Shown: piece after piece, positions 24,760-27,740 of the stretch | Numbering within the stretch: the first letter of the stretch is position 1 | How the letters are laid out: every line of letters begins with the position of its first letter | Virus record (IMG/VR): IMGVR_UViG_3300049139_000146 | Coordinates: 1 to 27,740 of that record | Length of the DNA: 27,740 bases | Origin: a virus | Taxonomy: Duplodnaviria; Caudoviricetes | Direction: 5' to 3' (one strand) | The notes under the pieces: model-generated | Seen by the model: the letters and a program-made list of their open reading frames with translations, nothing else | Databases searched by the model: none | What the model was told of the DNA's origin: nothing | Program-made: the position numbers and the translations under genes

Positions 24760-24988
24760 GTCAGGGGGCAGCTGGTCGAGCGATCCAGGCAACTCAAGAG
24801 AGGTTTCGGCACCGCGGGGGATTCAGGCCCCTGGGGTGCCGAAGGGCCTGCTGCCCGGCCGCGTACCCCCTTTTGCGACCGTGCGGCCGGCCTGGTTGGG
24901 CACCGGGCGGCAACATCGGCTGGGTGTCCACCCGAACGAGTGAACTCGTCGTCGTAATCGACGCACGGGGCACTCGTTGACAGTAGAA

Positions 24989-25060
24989 GCCGGGCCCGGC
25001 CCCCATCGCATCGGCCTCCGAGGACGTCGGAGTTCGAGGGGCCGGGCCCGGCGCTTTTGT
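24989..25060. terminator. Long GC hairpin / terminator beside attP
   Basis: GCCGGGCCCGGCCCC...GGGGCCGGGCCCGGC followed by GCTTTTGT; inner CTCCGA/TCGGAG stem. Confidence 0.6.
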
Positions 25061-25085
25061 ACGTCGCCGTGGGGGACAGTCTGCC

Positions 25086-25324
25086 ACTGGGAAACAAGTG
25101 GGAAACGATCATGCGTACACACGCCCACACATGAGTACAGGCGCACACAACAAGGCCGCTAACTCGCAGGTCAGAGGCTACGCAGCCAGGATCATCCCAG
25201 GTCTATGGGAGGCCCGATCCAGCGGGTGGTCGTTGCTCGGGAACAGACAACATCAGGCTGTTGAAGCCGCTAGACCAGGAGCGTTCCCGGCCCGGACCCC
25301 CGTACTGGGAAACGAGTGGGAAAC
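25086..25324. other. Putative attP bounded by integrase arm-type repeats
   Basis: ACTGGGAAAC(A/G)AGTGGGAAAC at 25086-25106 and 25304-25324, each with two TGGGAAAC copies, directly downstream of integrase. Confidence 0.7.
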
Positions 25325-25334
25325 ACGCTCTCCG

Positions 25335-26621
25335 CTACCCGCCGGCCCGTTCACGCTCGAACCGGTCCCAGCGCTCCTGCAGTGCCTTCATGATGGCACG
25401 CTCCATGGGCACCGTCACGGAGCTGTACGTGCCCTCAACTCCCGGCACCTCGTGCCCCATACGGGACTCCACCGCGAACCGCGGGTGCCCGTCCTCGTCC
25501 AGCCACGCCTTGTGCCCATGCCGGATCAGGTACATGCGCTTGCCCGCGAAGTCCGCCACGGCCGGGATCGCCGGCCTGGTGCGGCCGTTCCCGCGGGCCC
25601 GCGTCCGCTCATCACAACCCCGCGAGATGGGGAACCAGTAACTCTTCGAGAAGGGAGCAGCCTTGAGGCAGCCGCCCCCGATGGCAGGGAAGACCCACAT
25701 GTTGTCGTGCGACGCGAGCAGCTTCTCCAGCATGTCGGCAAGGAACGGCGGCACGACCAGGGTGCGGTAGGAGTAGTACTTCGGCGGCACCTCGGCCACC
25801 GACTGCCCCTGCATCTGCTGCACCTGCTGCTGCACCCGGATGGCAGGCATGAGGCCGTCACCCTTGCCGTAGCGCCGCATGTCCTCCTCGTACCGCTGCT
25901 CTTCGTCGGGATCCGGGCGGGGGTCACTGGCCGGCCAGTTCGGGTAGCAGTACTCGCGGCGGAGGCCGAAGAGTTCACCGGGGCGCATCCCGGTCATCGC
26001 CATGGTCCAGATCATCACGTAGCCGGTGTAGCCGCAGACGACCTCGGCGTTGCGCGCCAGCTGGTCGATGGCGGCGATGTCCATGTCGCGCTTGCGCTCG
26101 CGCCGCGTCTGCTTCACGTACCTGCCGCGCGTCCGCTTCCGCTCGACGGGGGAGACCTTGATGAGTCGCGGCACGGCATCGTCGAGGATCATGCCCAGCA
26201 CGGTCATCACATTCGCCGCGCTCGCGGCGGTCGGCAGCTTCTTGTAGATGTGCTTACGGAAGGCCCGGTAGGCAATGACGTCGATGTCCTTGACCGCAGT
26301 GCCTTTGAAGTAGGGGCGAATGTGCCGGTTGATGATCGACTTGTAGCCTTTGTACGTCGTGTAGGCGTGATCGGTGGCGGCGAACCAGTCGTCGATCCAG
26401 TCGGTCATCAGGGTGGCGCCGTCGCGGTTGGAGATGCCTGTGCCGTGGCGGAGTTCGTACAGCTGATCCTGCCCGAACTCGAACGCCTCGTCCTCGTCGG
26501 TGAACCCGCCCTTGGACTCGAAGCGCTTGCGGCCGTCGTCGCGGTACTCGCCGCTCCACCACTTCACGCGGCAGGTTCCGCCTCGCCACTCGACGTAGAT
26601 GTCCTGAGCGCGTCTGGCCAT
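25335..26621 (-). CDS. int: Tyrosine integrase
   Basis: GGFTDEDEA arm-binding region, core-binding domain, TGMRPGEL, PPKY, YLIRHG, RMGH, TYS; RBS GAGGGGG. Confidence 0.95.
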   Translation of the reverse strand: MARRAQDIYVEWRGGTCRVKWWSGEYRDDGRKRFESKGGFTDEDEAFEFGQDQLYELRHGTGISNRDGATLMTDWIDDWFAATDHAYTTYKGYKSIINRHIRPYFKGTAVKDIDVIAYRAFRKHIYKKLPTAASAANVMTVLGMILDDAVPRLIKVSPVERKRTRGRYVKQTRRERKRDMDIAAIDQLARNAEVVCGYTGYVMIWTMAMTGMRPGELFGLRREYCYPNWPASDPRPDPDEEQRYEEDMRRYGKGDGLMPAIRVQQQVQQMQGQSVAEVPPKYYSYRTLVVPPFLADMLEKLLASHDNMWVFPAIGGGCLKAAPFSKSYWFPISRGCDERTRARGNGRTRPAIPAVADFAGKRMYLIRHGHKAWLDEDGHPRFAVESRMGHEVPGVEGTYSSVTVPMERAIMKALQERWDRFERERAGG

Positions 26622-26699
26622 GTTCGCCCCCTCGTGCGGTCGGTGCGACGCGGTGCCCGGCAGGTACCCCTACCGCCGAGGCTCCGCGTCTGCATGATC

Positions 26700-26900
26700 T
26701 CAGCCCGCGAGCCCCAGAGGGCAGTTCGGGCAGTGACCACATTCACCACCGAGGTCCCGCACCAGCTCCCGCATCGAGGCCTCGGCCTCTGGTCTTTCAC
26801 GGATCTGGCGCGGAACTACACAGACGATCCCCTCATCGGTACGGACTGCGGATCCATCGAACCGCGGCCCGTAGTCGACTATGAGCGCGTCGTTTTGCAT
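26700..26900 (-). CDS. Small protein with CxxCxxC between repressor and integrase
   Basis: RBS AGGGGGAG; ECGHCPNCP. Confidence 0.7.
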   Translation of the reverse strand: MQNDALIVDYGPRFDGSAVRTDEGIVCVVPRQIRERPEAEASMRELVRDLGGECGHCPNCPLGLAG

Positions 26901-27062
26901 GGCTCCCCCTAGGTGTCGCCTGGCAGGGAAGCCTCCGAGGACGTGTCACGACTCTGCCACGTCTTGTATCTGTTGGGACCAGTTGGGACTGAAGTGGTGC
27001 GCGTAGATCGTGTAACAAATAGATAAATGCAAAAGGTTGTACGCCGACCGAGTGGACTCCGG

Positions 27063-27497
27063 CTAAATCAGGCCCCGTTCCCGAAGGTCGTGCACGACAC
27101 GCTCGCTCATCTCCCGCAGCTCCTCTGCTGACGTCCCCTTCGCTGTGGCGATGAGGGCCAACTGCACGGTGGCGAGCGCCTCCTTGCTGGCAGCCTCGGG
27201 CGAGAGCGGGGACTTTTGGGCGCCGCTGGCGTCTGGGTCCTTCATCTCCTCGACGGGTACAGGGTCGCCGCCGTCCAGTACCGACAGGCAGCTGCCGGGT
27301 GCCCACTGCAGCAGGCCGTCGATCTTCACGTAGTTGGTCTCGCGGATCTCGAGACCCTTCTCGACGCGCTGCCAGGTGCCTTTGGAGGTGCCTGCCGCCT
27401 TGGCGTTGGTGTCGTTCAGGGCAAGACCGAGCTCGGCTCGGCGGCGGCGGGCGATGGTCGCCAGCCTTTCGTAGTCGCGTTCGTCGGCGCGTGGCAT
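27063..27497 (-). CDS. XRE-family immunity repressor (144 aa)
   Basis: RRRRAELGL...AAGTSKGTWQRVEKG...IDGLLQWAPGS; CAAGAT-6nt-ATG leaderless; divergent from cro-like gene. Confidence 0.85.
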   Translation of the reverse strand: MPRADERDYERLATIARRRRAELGLALNDTNAKAAGTSKGTWQRVEKGLEIRETNYVKIDGLLQWAPGSCLSVLDGGDPVPVEEMKDPDASGAQKSPLSPEAASKEALATVQLALIATAKGTSAEELREMSERVVHDLRERGLI

Positions 27498-27674
27498 GGG
27501 GCCATCTTGGCAGGACTGGCGGGGACCAGCCAGGACTAGGGGCCACTTAGGCCCGTTCTCGACCATCACTTTACCCAGGTCAAGGGGCATCTAGGGAGCC
27601 CATGTGCCTACATAAGGCCAACTAGTGCGCACAGGCGCCTAGACAGCTGGGGCAACTAAGGCTAACTTCTACGC

Positions 27675-27740
27675 ATGGCACCAACCCCAACCACCTTCGA
27701 GGTGGACGGGACGGCTATATGCACCAAGCGCATGCAAGCG
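27675..27740 (+). CDS. Cro-like protein, N-terminus (truncated by window)
   Basis: TAACTT-6nt-ATG; MAPTPTTFEVDGTAICTKRMQA; divergent from repressor. Confidence 0.65.
   Translation, partial: MAPTPTTFEVDGTAICTKRMQA

Larger units (their letters stand above)
1..27740. mobile_element. Temperate actinophage (probable Streptomyces siphovirus) genome segment, tail through immunity region
   Basis: Canonical order tape measure, minor tails, lysis, accessory genes, attP, integrase, repressor, cro; high GC; no host housekeeping genes. Confidence 0.93.

Noticed and set aside
25107-25303. tRNA or tmRNA fragment at the att core
   Set aside because: No GTTCRA T-loop, cloverleaf or CCA-ended acceptor arm recognised
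25098-26912. 604-aa plus-strand ORF
   Set aside because: Antisense shadow of the integrase, typical of high-GC DNA; no recognisable motifs

Overview
High-GC actinobacterial DNA, most likely a Streptomyces temperate siphovirus. Left to right: the end of the tail module (tape measure C-terminus, minor tail proteins, fibre); a minus-strand, translationally coupled cassette of about 9 genes carrying an NDP-sugar epimerase/dehydratase and two glycosyltransferases, wedged between tail and lysis genes; the lysis module (amidase endolysin, an NLTPH-motif protein, holin, membrane protein, collagen-like protein) and a second fibre-like gene; an accessory region of small, mostly leaderless genes with several regulators (RHH, HTH, two GntR), a second tyrosine recombinase, candidate DNA-damage promoters (LexA box, RecA-NDp/PafBC-like motifs), candidate small RNAs and an 8-codon mini-gene; then an apparently intact attP, tyrosine integrase, XRE repressor and the start of a divergent cro-like gene. 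No tRNA, rRNA or CRISPR array was seen. Many start codons are re-called downstream of the ORF-track starts using RBS, stop/start overlaps or -10 boxes. Family assignments come from motif recognition by eye, not from database searches.
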